Source: Actinomycetota bacterium (GTDB taxonomy: Bacteria > Actinomycetota > CADDZG01 > JAHWKV01). From it: a stretch of DNA of 64,000 nucleotides. A program made the translations under genes and the position numbers. Below are positions 19,821 through 28,882 of the stretch, piece by piece (the stretch's first letter is position 1; every line of letters begins with the position of its first letter). The stretch lies in contig JBPCIX010000077.1 of NCBI GenBank assembly GCA_051005875.1, positions 9,537-73,536 of the forward strand, read 5' to 3'. The notes below the pieces were generated by a model that worked only from the letters and a program-made list of their open reading frames with translations, was not told the DNA's origin and made no database searches.

Positions 19821-20972
19821 ATTCTTCGCGTAAGACTCCTTTGCTGCGCAATATTGTTGTCAGTCGCAATGCCGGCGAGCGCTGTTGCGGCTACGCCGCC
19901 CCCCCCGGCTGCCGCAACCTCGGACCGATCCGGGCCACAAGTAACTGCAATCAGCGGGATCCTGATCGACGGCCTGGATGGGAAAGTGCTTTGGGCAAAA
20001 GACCCGCGTCGTCGTAGCGCCATAGCAAGCACGACAAAAATTCTGACGGCCCTAATAGTCATAGAAAAGGCCCAGCCCTCCGATATCGTGACCAGTTCGG
20101 CCCGAGCGCAATCGGTGGGGGATAACGATCCCTCGGTTTCCGAGTTGGACCTTTCCGCCGGAGAAAAGTTGACAGTCGAGCAATTGTTATACGGGCTGCT
20201 GCTTCCTTCAGCCAATGACGCTGCTGTGGCTCTCGCCGAGCACACGGGCGGATCGATCGAAGGATTCGCCGAGCTGATGAACGCGAAGGCGAAAACTCTC
20301 GGCGCAGTCGATAGTCATTTTACGAATCCCAACGGCCTCGATGATCCGGGCCATTACTCCAGCGCATTTGACCTTGCTCTTTTCGCAAGGGCCGCCATGC
20401 GCATGCCGCTTTTTCGAAAGATGGTTGCAACTCGCGACCGCCAGATCCCATGGGAGGGTCACCCGGAAGGCAGGGCCCTTGTTAATCGAAACGAACTCCT
20501 CACAGGTTATTCCGGGGCCAACGGGGTTAAGACCGGGCAAACTAACAAGGCAGGCAAGACCCTGGTCGGCTCGGCCAAGCGGGGGAGCGAAGAACGAATC
20601 TCGGTAGTACTTGGCAGCGACCGGCCCGCGGCAGACTCGCAAGCCCTTCTCGAACACGGTTTCAGGTCTTTTCGAAGATTTCAACTTGCCAAGTTGAGCC
20701 AAGTCTGGGGCCAGGTCACCTACGGAGACGGAACCTCGGCCGAGCTGATTGCATTGAAGGATGCAACGGCGCTTCTAGATGCCCGAAGCACGGCCCCGAA
20801 GGTGTCGTTCAATTCTAAGAAATTGCTTTTAGAGGCCGACGCAGGCGGTTTGAAAGCGCCGGTAAGAATGACTTGCATTCCGAAGCCTTGCCGGCTGCCT
20901 CCCAAGCACGACTCAGGAATTTTCGCCGCCATGATGTCGCTTTTTGCGCCACTGCTTTCGCTGGCCCGGTAG
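19821..20972 (+). CDS. D-alanyl-D-alanine carboxypeptidase (S11, PBP5/DacB-like)
   Basis: STTK (SxxK), SANDAA (SxN) and VKTGQT (KTG) motifs. A classical signal peptide (LRVRLLCCAILLSVAMPASAVAA) is encoded upstream of the first canonical start (TTG at 19854); the start is proposed at ATT 19821 or ATC 19800. Confidence 0.82.
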   Translation: MLRVRLLCCAILLSVAMPASAVAATPPPPAAATSDRSGPQVTAISGILIDGLDGKVLWAKDPRRRSAIASTTKILTALIVIEKAQPSDIVTSSARAQSVGDNDPSVSELDLSAGEKLTVEQLLYGLLLPSANDAAVALAEHTGGSIEGFAELMNAKAKTLGAVDSHFTNPNGLDDPGHYSSAFDLALFARAAMRMPLFRKMVATRDRQIPWEGHPEGRALVNRNELLTGYSGANGVKTGQTNKAGKTLVGSAKRGSEERISVVLGSDRPAADSQALLEHGFRSFRRFQLAKLSQVWGQVTYGDGTSAELIALKDATALLDARSTAPKVSFNSKKLLLEADAGGLKAPVRMTCIPKPCRLPPKHDSGIFAAMMSLFAPLLSLAR

Positions 20973-21001
20973 CGGGGACACAGTCGCTTTAGAATCAGGC
21001 G

Positions 21002-21577
21002 GTGGCCCTTGCTGAGGTGGCATATACAAGCGAACAGATCGAAAGCCGCATTGCTGAGCTGGCGGAGACTATCCGCGATGAATTGGCCGGGCACCGCCCC
21101 CTGATAATTTCAGTGCTGAACGGCTCCGTCATGTTTTTGGCGGACCTGGTGCGGGCGCTGGAAATCGATTGCGACATTGATTTCCTATCGGTGTCCTCCT
21201 ACCCCGGGCAACTCAAGCCTTCAGGCGTCGTAAGGATAATCAAGGATATTGAGTTCTTACTCGAAGACCGCCATGTGCTGCTCATCGAGGACATAGTCGA
21301 CACCGGGCTCACTCTCGCTTTCTTGCTCCGCACCCTTGAAGCAAGAAATCCAGCATCGTTAAGTGTTTGCACCTTGGTTAACAAGACCGTCAGACGGATA
21401 GCCCAGCCTCCGATAAACCACTGCGGGTTCGAGACGGATGAATTCCTTGTGGGCTACGGATTGGATTTCAAGGGTAGGTATCGGAACCTCCCATACCTAC
21501 TGGGCGTAAACGACCTCCCCGCGCTGGCAGCCGCGCCCGATGCTCTGGAGACCTTTATGGCGGGTCCCGCGAGCTAG
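21002..21577 (+). CDS. hpt: Hypoxanthine phosphoribosyltransferase
   Basis: VLLIEDIVDTGLTL PRPP-binding motif. GTG start. Confidence 0.9.
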   Translation: MALAEVAYTSEQIESRIAELAETIRDELAGHRPLIISVLNGSVMFLADLVRALEIDCDIDFLSVSSYPGQLKPSGVVRIIKDIEFLLEDRHVLLIEDIVDTGLTLAFLLRTLEARNPASLSVCTLVNKTVRRIAQPPINHCGFETDEFLVGYGLDFKGRYRNLPYLLGVNDLPALAAAPDALETFMAGPAS

Positions 21578-21601
21578 CGTGCGCTTGCGGGGCGACGGGG
21601 A

Positions 21602-22141
21602 ATGCATATTTGGGGCTGTGCTACCCTGACCCTAAGTAAAGAGATTTTAGATTCGGGAGCCGCCGTGATCGAACTTAATCTGGTCGGAGTGAGAGTAGAA
21701 CTCCCGACAAATCAGCCGATCGTGCTACTCAAAGAGGCCGATGGTGAGCGGTACCTGCCGATCTGGATCGGGGCCGTTGAGGCCACAGCAATCGCATTTG
21801 CCCTGCAGGGCGTGGTAACCCAGCGTCCCATGACCCACGACCTGCTCAAAACCATCCTTGAAGAAGTCGGCGTCTCGGTTGAGGCCATTTCGATCACCGA
21901 CCTCAAGGAGGGGACCTTTTACTCCTCAATCCGCCTGAGCAGCAATGGTGACACCTATGAAGTCTCAAGCCGGCCATCAGACGCATTGGCCCTCGCCGTT
22001 CGAGCCAATGTTCGAATATTTGCCTCCGAAGAGGTCATCGAAGAGGCCAGCATCACCATCAAAGAAGATGACGACGAAGCGGAGGTGGAAAGGTTCAAAA
22101 CCTTCCTCGACGATGTAAAACCTGAGGATTTCTTAGGTTGA
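21602..22141 (+). CDS. Bifunctional nuclease family protein (DUF151/BFN, Rv1829-like)
   Basis: LPIWIGAVEATAIAFAL and GTFYSSIRL motifs of BFN-domain proteins. The true start may be an internal GTG (about 21665). Confidence 0.8.
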   Translation: MHIWGCATLTLSKEILDSGAAVIELNLVGVRVELPTNQPIVLLKEADGERYLPIWIGAVEATAIAFALQGVVTQRPMTHDLLKTILEEVGVSVEAISITDLKEGTFYSSIRLSSNGDTYEVSSRPSDALALAVRANVRIFASEEVIEEASITIKEDDDEAEVERFKTFLDDVKPEDFLG

Positions 22142-22210
22142 ACTCTTCGAACCACGTCGGTCAGGCACAACCCTAAAGATAAACCTAAGGATTACGGAGC
22201 CCCGGAGTCC

Positions 22211-22239
22211 TTGACACGGGAATTTCCCGGCCTTAACGT
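22211..22239 (+). promoter_or_regulatory. Candidate promoter with embedded palindrome upstream of the MerR (Rv1830-like) gene
   Basis: TTGACA (22211), then the 13-bp palindrome CGGGAAtTTCCCG, then TAACGT about 17 nt after the -35 hexamer; 47 nt upstream of the ATG. Confidence 0.3.
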
Positions 22240-22285
22240 GAGCCTGACGCAAACAATTTATCTGACGAGGGGTGTAAATTCACGC

Positions 22286-22801
22286 ATGGCTGAGAGCACG
22301 ACTGAGAGCACGGCTGAGAACGGGTTCCGAGGACCGCAGGTTTGCAAGGTAGTGGGCATCAGCTACCGGCAGTTGGATTACTGGGCTCGCACGGGCCTGG
22401 TTACCCCCAGTGTGCAGCCGGCGCAAGGGTCGGGCAGCCAAAGACTGTATTCGTTCGAGGATCTGGTGGATCTGAAGTTAATAAATAAACTGCTCCAGGC
22501 AGGGGTCAGTTTGCAGCGGGTCCGCGAAGCCATTAGTTATCTGCATTCCCTGGGGCAAAACCTAAAGGGAATTACCATCGCCAGCGATGGCGTTTCAGTC
22601 TATGCATGCAAGTCGGCTGAAGAGGTTTACGATGTACTAAGGCGCGGACAAGGAGTATTCGGAATTGCAATTGATCCTGTGATGAAGGAACTCGAAGGTT
22701 CGGTTTCACAACTCAAGCTGAAGGCCGAACCTCAGACTGCCCCAGTCGGCGCCCCGGTAGCGCCTGAAAAGCTGGGCGGCAAAACAGAGGTGGGGGAGTA
22801 G
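22286..22801 (+). CDS. MerR-family transcriptional regulator (Rv1830-like)
   Basis: VCKVVGISYRQLDYWARTGLV HTH_MerR. ATG at 22286; the track start at 22211 lies in the promoter. N-terminal ESTT/ESTA repeat. Confidence 0.75.
   Translation: MAESTTESTAENGFRGPQVCKVVGISYRQLDYWARTGLVTPSVQPAQGSGSQRLYSFEDLVDLKLINKLLQAGVSLQRVREAISYLHSLGQNLKGITIASDGVSVYACKSAEEVYDVLRRGQGVFGIAIDPVMKELEGSVSQLKLKAEPQTAPVGAPVAPEKLGGKTEVGE
22289..22324. repeat. 12-bp x3 tandem repeat in the MerR 5' coding region
   Basis: gctgagagcacg / actgagagcacg / gctgagaacggg encoding AEST-TEST-AENG. Confidence 0.8.
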
Positions 22802-22831
22802 TGTCCCCGGCAGGCCCCACCCGCTGCAACG

Positions 22832-23296
22832 ATGTTGCCCACGCAACAAACTAACCCGGAATTCATAGACCAGGGCGGGGATCAGGGCCTTGACACGCCG
22901 CCAAGCGAAAGCATCCAATTTGCTCACAATTCAGAGCGTCAGTTCGCCAAACTATTAGATTTCTACCAAATTGAATGGGAGTACGAACCCACTTCGTTTG
23001 TACTCGAATGGGACTCCAACGGCCTTCCCACCCAGAGGTTCAGACCAGACTTCTACCTGCCGGAGTACAAGACCTACATCGAGATCACAACCCTTAGTCA
23101 AAGACTGGTAACCAAGAAAAACAGGAAAGTGCGACGCCTCGCCGAGCTGCACCCCGACGTCAGCTGCAAAATCTTCTACCAACGAGACTATCTGCACCTA
23201 TTGATAAAATACGGGCTAGAGCAGCCCAGCCAGACCCAAACCGCGCCGAGAACCAAGGTGGCCCCGGCCGAACTACTCTCCTCGGTGGTCGAATAG
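22832..23296 (+). CDS. Hypothetical protein (possible PD-(D/E)xK-like motif)
   Basis: 154-aa ORF between the MerR gene and gcvT. RFRPDFYLPEYKTYIEI resembles nuclease-fold motifs but is not diagnostic. Confidence 0.45.
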   Translation: MLPTQQTNPEFIDQGGDQGLDTPPSESIQFAHNSERQFAKLLDFYQIEWEYEPTSFVLEWDSNGLPTQRFRPDFYLPEYKTYIEITTLSQRLVTKKNRKVRRLAELHPDVSCKIFYQRDYLHLLIKYGLEQPSQTQTAPRTKVAPAELLSSVVE

Positions 23297-24387
23297 CCCT
23301 TTCAAGGTCCCCCTTAAACGCGGTTCATCGGCGCCTCGGGGCGAAAATGGTGGAGTTCGGCGGATGGGAAATGCCTCTTCACTATTCCGGCGCTCTTGCA
23401 GAGTGCAACGCCGTGCGAACGCAAGCCGGTTTGTTCGATGTGTCCCACCTGGGCAAGATCTTGATTTTCGGGGAGGCCGCCGGCACGTCCCTCGACTACC
23501 TGCTGCCCGGCAAGGTCGCAAAGCTTGTTCCCGGCGCGGGCGCCTACAACCTTGTGCTTAATGCCGAGGGGGGAATCGTCGATGACGTTTTTGTTTATCG
23601 AATCTCCATAGGATTCATCATCGTGCCCAACGCTTCGAATGCCGACGCCGTGCTGGGCAGTTTGCAGTCCCTTGTTTCGGAAGACGTCCAGGTTATGGAC
23701 GCTCGGAAACGGTCGGCCATTCTGGCTCTTTCGGGTCCGAAGGCTCGCGATATTGTGCGAAATCAGTTTCCTCATGCCGCCGATTTATCCTTGCATCAGA
23801 TAATCGATGTTGACTTTCAAGGATCGAGGTGTTGGGTGGCTCGATCTGGTTACACCGGAGAAGTTACTTTCGAATTTTTCGTCGAGACCGACCGAGCTGA
23901 GGCCTTGTGGAGTGTATTCCTGGAGGTGGGCGCCTCTCAGGGATTAATGCCGGCAGGTTTAGGAGCGCGCGATCTTCTTCGGCTGGAAATGGGGTACCCG
24001 CTTCACGGACATGAAATAGACGAGACCACCAATCCCTTTGAAGCCGGCCTTGCTTGGGTGATCGATTGGGACAAGGAATTCGCCGGCCGTAGCGTGCTTG
24101 AGTCCCTTCGTTCGGCCGGACCCGATCGCCTGCTCACCGGAATGATTTGCACAGGCAAGCAAATCCCCCGGCAAGGTCAAGCTGTTCTCCAGGTCATCGG
24201 CGGTTCCGAGCCTGCTCAGGTTGGTGTTGTGACGAGCGGAAATTATTCTCCAACTTTGAAAACGCCAATTGCGTTGGGTTACGTCAAGCCTTCCCTGGCG
24301 GAACCCGGAACCCCGCTGGCCATCCAAGTGCGGGACAAGACGGCCGAGGTCAGGGTGATCCGACCGCCGTTCGTAAAAACGACTTAG
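23293..24387 (+). CDS. gcvT: Glycine cleavage system aminomethyltransferase T
   Basis: GAKMVEFGGWEMPLHY...AVRTQAGLFDVSHLGK. The conserved N-terminal segment SPLNAVHRRLGAK lies upstream of the first ATG (23347) with no canonical start in frame; ATA at 23293 overlaps the upstream TAG. Confidence 0.88.
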   Translation: MALSRSPLNAVHRRLGAKMVEFGGWEMPLHYSGALAECNAVRTQAGLFDVSHLGKILIFGEAAGTSLDYLLPGKVAKLVPGAGAYNLVLNAEGGIVDDVFVYRISIGFIIVPNASNADAVLGSLQSLVSEDVQVMDARKRSAILALSGPKARDIVRNQFPHAADLSLHQIIDVDFQGSRCWVARSGYTGEVTFEFFVETDRAEALWSVFLEVGASQGLMPAGLGARDLLRLEMGYPLHGHEIDETTNPFEAGLAWVIDWDKEFAGRSVLESLRSAGPDRLLTGMICTGKQIPRQGQAVLQVIGGSEPAQVGVVTSGNYSPTLKTPIALGYVKPSLAEPGTPLAIQVRDKTAEVRVIRPPFVKTT

Positions 24388-24412
24388 CACTCACGCTAGT
24401 CTGGTTCGGCTC

Positions 24413-25744
24413 ATGGACTACACACCACACACCGGCGCCGAGGTCGCTCAGATGCTTGATGACCTTGGAGTTGCAGCCGCCGACGACCTCTTTAAGTCAA
24501 TCCCGTCGTCGGTACGCCTCAGCCGCCCGCTGAACATTCCAGGACCCGTCAGTGAACTGAGCTTGGTGCGGGACATGGAGCAACTTGCCCGCCGCAACCT
24601 TGCTGCTGACGACCTGGTCTGTTTTGCCGGGGGAGGGGCTTATGACCACTTCATACCGGCGGTTGTAGACGCCCTGGCCGGTCGCTCAGAATTCGTCACT
24701 TCTTATACGCCGTACCAGCCAGAACTCTCGCAGGGAGTATTGGGCGCCCTTTTCGAATACCAAACAATGATTTGCGAGTTGACCGGCATGCAGGTGGCAA
24801 ATTCAAGTCTCTACGACGGGGCAAATTCTTTGGCTGAAGCCGTTAATCTGGCGGTCTCGGTAACGGGCCGCAACCGGGTCCTCGTGACGCAAGCCCTCAG
24901 CCCAAACTACCGGGCGGTGCTCGACACGCTGGGCGTGGGCCTTGATATACAAACTCTGCCGGCAACTTTGGGGGTGACCGAGCTTGGGGATACCTCCGAT
25001 GCTGCCTGCGTGGTCATAGCCCAGCCGAACTTTTTCGGATCGATCGAGGATATTGCGCCCCTTGCTCGCGCCGCTCAAGACGGCGGCGCACTGTTGGTGG
25101 TTCATTTCGATCCGCTTGCTGCAGGCATCCTGGAGGCCCCGGGGATCCAGGGCGCCGACGTAGTGACCGGCGAAGGCCAGGGCCTGGGGAATTACCTCAA
25201 CTATGGCGGCCCCTACCTTGGCCTGTTCGCGACCAAAACCGAGTACATGAGACGGCTGCCCGGCAGGGTTTGCGGGGCAACAACCGATTCCGAGGGCAAG
25301 CCCGGGTATGTTCTTACCCTTCAGACGCGAGAGCAGCATATTCGGCGCGACAAGGCCACCTCGAACATCTGCACCGACCAAACGTTGTTGGCGATAAGGG
25401 CCGCCGTGTACCTTTCGTGGCTCGGCCCCCAGGGCCTGAGGGAAGTGGGGGAGCGGTGTTTTGCCCTGGCGCACCTGGCGGCCGACGCCCTGTGCGCGAT
25501 CCCAGGATGCTCAATGCGCTTTGATGCTGCCTTCTTTAAGGAATTTACACTTCGGGTTCCGGGCGACGCCAGCGAAATTGTTTTCAACATGCTCTCAAAA
25601 GGCTATCTAGCGGGCCCGGCATTTTCGGGCCTGAAGGCCGGTGGCGAGGGGCTGGAGGACTGCCTGATGATCTGCGTAACCGAAAAAAGAACTGAGGGAC
25701 AGATCAAAGGCCTGGCCAAGGCGCTCTCCGAAGCTTTGTCTTGA
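24413..25744 (+). CDS. gcvPA: Glycine dehydrogenase (decarboxylating) subunit 1
   Basis: N-terminal half of the P-protein (SYTPYQPELSQG). Confidence 0.93.
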   Translation: MDYTPHTGAEVAQMLDDLGVAAADDLFKSIPSSVRLSRPLNIPGPVSELSLVRDMEQLARRNLAADDLVCFAGGGAYDHFIPAVVDALAGRSEFVTSYTPYQPELSQGVLGALFEYQTMICELTGMQVANSSLYDGANSLAEAVNLAVSVTGRNRVLVTQALSPNYRAVLDTLGVGLDIQTLPATLGVTELGDTSDAACVVIAQPNFFGSIEDIAPLARAAQDGGALLVVHFDPLAAGILEAPGIQGADVVTGEGQGLGNYLNYGGPYLGLFATKTEYMRRLPGRVCGATTDSEGKPGYVLTLQTREQHIRRDKATSNICTDQTLLAIRAAVYLSWLGPQGLREVGERCFALAHLAADALCAIPGCSMRFDAAFFKEFTLRVPGDASEIVFNMLSKGYLAGPAFSGLKAGGEGLEDCLMICVTEKRTEGQIKGLAKALSEALS

Positions 25745-27261
25745 GATCCTCTACCTCGCCCGCGTCAGACGGCTCACCAAGGCGTTGCCCCGTTACCTTG
25801 TTCGATGTGTCGGTACCGGGGCGACGAGCTTCTACATTCCCCACTTTATCCGACCGGCTGAAAAAACCCCAGGATGCCTTGCCCGCGCACTTTCTGAGGC
25901 GCCAGGCCCCGCTCCTGCCCGAGGTTTCCGAACTTGATCTGGTGCGCCATTACACAAACCTTTCGAGAAAAAACTGGGGCATCGATGTTGGGTCTTATCC
26001 GCTTGGCTCTTGCACTATGAAGTACAACCCCAAAGTCCACGAGCAAATCGCTGCATTGTCAGGATTCCAAACACTCCATCCATGGCAACCCCAAAGTCAA
26101 ACGCAGGGGGCTATGGCCCTTTTGTATGAGATGGAACGCCACCTTGCCGAGCTGACCGGAATGGCGAGAGTAACTTTTCAACCGTCGGCCGGAGCAGCGG
26201 GGGAGTTAGCCGGACTCCTAATCATTAAGGCGCATCACTCGGCAAACGGGAGCAGGCGAGACACCATCGTGATTCCCGACTCGGCCCACGGAACCAATCC
26301 AGCGACGGTTAACCGCGCCGGTTACAAGGTTCGCCAAATCTCCTCAGGTCCAGACGGGCTCGTCGACCTGACGGCTCTTGAGAAGGCCCTCGATGACGAC
26401 GTGGCTGGATTCATGCTGACCAACCCAAACACGCTCGGCAGATTCGAAACGGAGATCGAGACCATTGCCAAATTGGTTCACGGCGCCGGGGGCCTGCTTT
26501 ACTACGACGGGGCCAACCTAAACGCCATCATGGGCGTTACCAGGCCGGGCGATATGGGCTTCGACGTAGTCCACATGAATCTTCACAAGACCATGACGAC
26601 TCCCCACGGTGGCGGGGGGCCGGGTTCGGGCCCGGTTGCCGTGTCCGCGGAGCTTGAACAGTATCTCCCGGCGCCCCTGGTTGGATTCAACGAAGATTCA
26701 GCCCAGTACTTTTGGGACACTGAGCGGCCGGATTCTATCGGCCGAGTCCACGGCTTCAACGGGAACTTTGCCGTCGTGCTGCGGGCTTACGCATACGTCT
26801 GCTCAATCGGTGGAGAAGGGCTGCGAAGGGTCTCTGAAAGGGCGGTTCTAAACGCCAACTATCTTCTCAAAGGCCTTCAGCCGCACTTTCCCCCGGGGAT
26901 TAAGGGGACGAAAGCGGGGGACTACCTGCACGAGTTTGTGGTTACTTCCAAGCGGTATCGAGCCAATGGGGTCCGAGCCATGGACATAGCCAAGAGGCTC
27001 ATTGACCTCGGATTTCATCCCCCAACCGTTTATTTCCCCCAAATAGTGGAGGAGGCAATGATGTTTGAGCCGACCGAAACGGAGTCCAAATCGACCCTCG
27101 ACAGCCTTGCGGGGGCCCTCACCCAAATAGCACGTGAAGCTGAGGAAACCCCCGAGGTGCTGAAACGATCACCGCAACTAGCCGCCACAGGACGCCTCGA
27201 CGAAGCGGGAGCGGCGAGACTGCCGAGGTTGCGCTGGTGGCCAGCGGGGGAGAGGTCTTAG
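25741..27261 (+). CDS. gcvPB: Glycine dehydrogenase (decarboxylating) subunit 2
   Basis: PLGSCTMKYNP and a PLP-lysine region (NLHKT). TTG start overlaps the gcvPA stop (TTGA). Confidence 0.93.
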   Translation: MRSSTSPASDGSPRRCPVTLFDVSVPGRRASTFPTLSDRLKKPQDALPAHFLRRQAPLLPEVSELDLVRHYTNLSRKNWGIDVGSYPLGSCTMKYNPKVHEQIAALSGFQTLHPWQPQSQTQGAMALLYEMERHLAELTGMARVTFQPSAGAAGELAGLLIIKAHHSANGSRRDTIVIPDSAHGTNPATVNRAGYKVRQISSGPDGLVDLTALEKALDDDVAGFMLTNPNTLGRFETEIETIAKLVHGAGGLLYYDGANLNAIMGVTRPGDMGFDVVHMNLHKTMTTPHGGGGPGSGPVAVSAELEQYLPAPLVGFNEDSAQYFWDTERPDSIGRVHGFNGNFAVVLRAYAYVCSIGGEGLRRVSERAVLNANYLLKGLQPHFPPGIKGTKAGDYLHEFVVTSKRYRANGVRAMDIAKRLIDLGFHPPTVYFPQIVEEAMMFEPTETESKSTLDSLAGALTQIAREAEETPEVLKRSPQLAATGRLDEAGAARLPRLRWWPAGERS

Positions 27262-27725
27262 GTGGGGGCCATACTCCCGGCCGAACGCCTTTCGAGCTCT
27301 AGAAGAAACTCTTTTTTATCCAGCCCGCCCGAATATCCGCCCAGTCCGTTTGAGGCAACAACACGGTGACAAGGAACAATGATCGGCACGTGGTTGGATG
27401 ACATAGTGTTCCCCACCGCCCGGGCCGCACCGGGGCTGCCGACTGCGGTCGCCACCTCGGCGTAGGTCCTAACCTCGCCTCGGGGGATGGTCCGTATGAA
27501 ATCGAGCACGGTCGTTTGAAAAGGTCCGGCGGAGGACGAGACCGGCAAGTTATTCAAGCCTTTGCCACCGGCGAAATAATCATCGAACGCCCGGCTTAGA
27601 GCGTGTCGCTGGGGAAGTTCGTTCCTAGATTTGCCTTCAAAGCGAATTCCGACGACTGCGCCAGATTCATTGATAGAAATGTCCAGCGGGCCAATGGGGG
27701 AGCGATAAAGAAAAGTGTCCAGCAT
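27258..27725 (-). CDS. ogt: Methylated-DNA--protein-cysteine methyltransferase
   Basis: PCHRVV active-site motif. Convergent 4-nt overlap with the gcvPB end. Confidence 0.9.
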   Translation of the reverse strand: MLDTFLYRSPIGPLDISINESGAVVGIRFEGKSRNELPQRHALSRAFDDYFAGGKGLNNLPVSSSAGPFQTTVLDFIRTIPRGEVRTYAEVATAVGSPGAARAVGNTMSSNHVPIIVPCHRVVASNGLGGYSGGLDKKEFLLELERRSAGSMAPT

Positions 27726-27766
27726 CTAGGGACAATCCTACGACAAATTCTTCAAGAAGCAACGCA

Positions 27767-28786
27767 TTATCTCGCCAGGGGATGGGCACGGGTGGCGGCT
27801 ACGAGTTCGGCGTCGGAAACCTCGGTATAAACCTGAATAGTGGCCAGATTGGCATGACCCAGAGCAGCCTGGAGCTGGCGAAGATTGTAGGCGGGCATAC
27901 CGGTGGCAGGATCAGGGCGAAGTCCAAGAGTCGCAAAGGTGTGCCTCAGCACGTGGACGCGGCTGCCTGGGCGCCGGGCGCCGGCCTGTCGAAGGATTCT
28001 GTCGATAACATATGCGACGCCCGACTTGGTAGCCTCGACGCTCATGCGAGGTTGACCCTGAGCGTCCATCCCGACCCTTCGAGCGCGGCTGGACACAAAG
28101 AGGGTTCGGGCCTGTAGCCCGAGACTTTCGAGGCGTTGGGCCCTTGTCGGCAAATACCTAGCCAGACAGTCTTGCGCGACCGGCGCCAGCGGAAGCCGCC
28201 TCTCCTTGTCGCCCTTCCCGATGACCGTTATGTACTCAGGGGGATTGCCCGCCAGCGAGTCCAGTTTCAAGGTCGCCATTTCTTCAAGCCGAAGTCCGGT
28301 CGTTAGAGCAAGCACAACCATCAAAAGATCCCGCTCCGGCCATCTGGAAGGCCCATTGGCGCTCATAACAAGGCGAGCGGAGTCGGCTTCGAGGGCCTTG
28401 GGCAACCTCTTCGTCTTCCGAGGGGACTTAAGAAGAGCCGCCGGATCGCGCGAGAGCCTGCCGGTTGCGTAGCACCATTTAAAAAAAACCTTGATGGCAG
28501 CGACCCGCCGGGCCACTCTTGCGGGACTGCGTTCGTTGGGGGCCTGATCCGGATTCAAAGTGTATCGAGGGTCAGGGCCGACCCGGAAATCAGCGATCGA
28601 AGCAACCAGCAAGTCTCTTGTGACTGATTCGAGGTCAAAATCTTGAGGATCGACGCCCTTTTGCGCTGCCGTAAATTTCAAGGTAGTAAGGACCTCGGCC
28701 TCGTAAGCGTGAACAGTCCTGGGGGACCGGCCTTCATTGCCAAGCTCCATAAGCCAGATATTCATAGCCTCAAAAGCAGAACTCAT
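27767..28786 (-). CDS. Tyrosine-type site-specific recombinase (Xer/phage-integrase family)
   Basis: N-terminal SAM-like domain (TVHAYEAEVLTTLKF) and catalytic R...HVLRHTFAT...GHANLATIQVYTEV (R-H-R-Y). Ends like XerC/D, without an IntI extra domain. Confidence 0.85.
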   Translation of the reverse strand: MSSAFEAMNIWLMELGNEGRSPRTVHAYEAEVLTTLKFTAAQKGVDPQDFDLESVTRDLLVASIADFRVGPDPRYTLNPDQAPNERSPARVARRVAAIKVFFKWCYATGRLSRDPAALLKSPRKTKRLPKALEADSARLVMSANGPSRWPERDLLMVVLALTTGLRLEEMATLKLDSLAGNPPEYITVIGKGDKERRLPLAPVAQDCLARYLPTRAQRLESLGLQARTLFVSSRARRVGMDAQGQPRMSVEATKSGVAYVIDRILRQAGARRPGSRVHVLRHTFATLGLRPDPATGMPAYNLRQLQAALGHANLATIQVYTEVSDAELVAATRAHPLAR

Positions 28787-28795
28787 TCGTGCGAA

Positions 28796-28827
28796 TAACT
28801 CATAACTAAAGAATACTTTAGTTAGTA
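28796..28827. repeat. Left copy of directly repeated dif-like recombination core site
   Basis: aactcATAACTAAA-GAATAC-TTTAGTTAGtag has a 9-bp arm, 6-bp spacer, 9-bp inverted arm. It lies about 10 bp upstream of the recombinase start codon. Confidence 0.5.
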
Positions 28828-28882
28828 GTGATTTAGATTCTGAAGTCCTCCGAATCCTTCAGAACTATCTTCGAGTTGCGCA

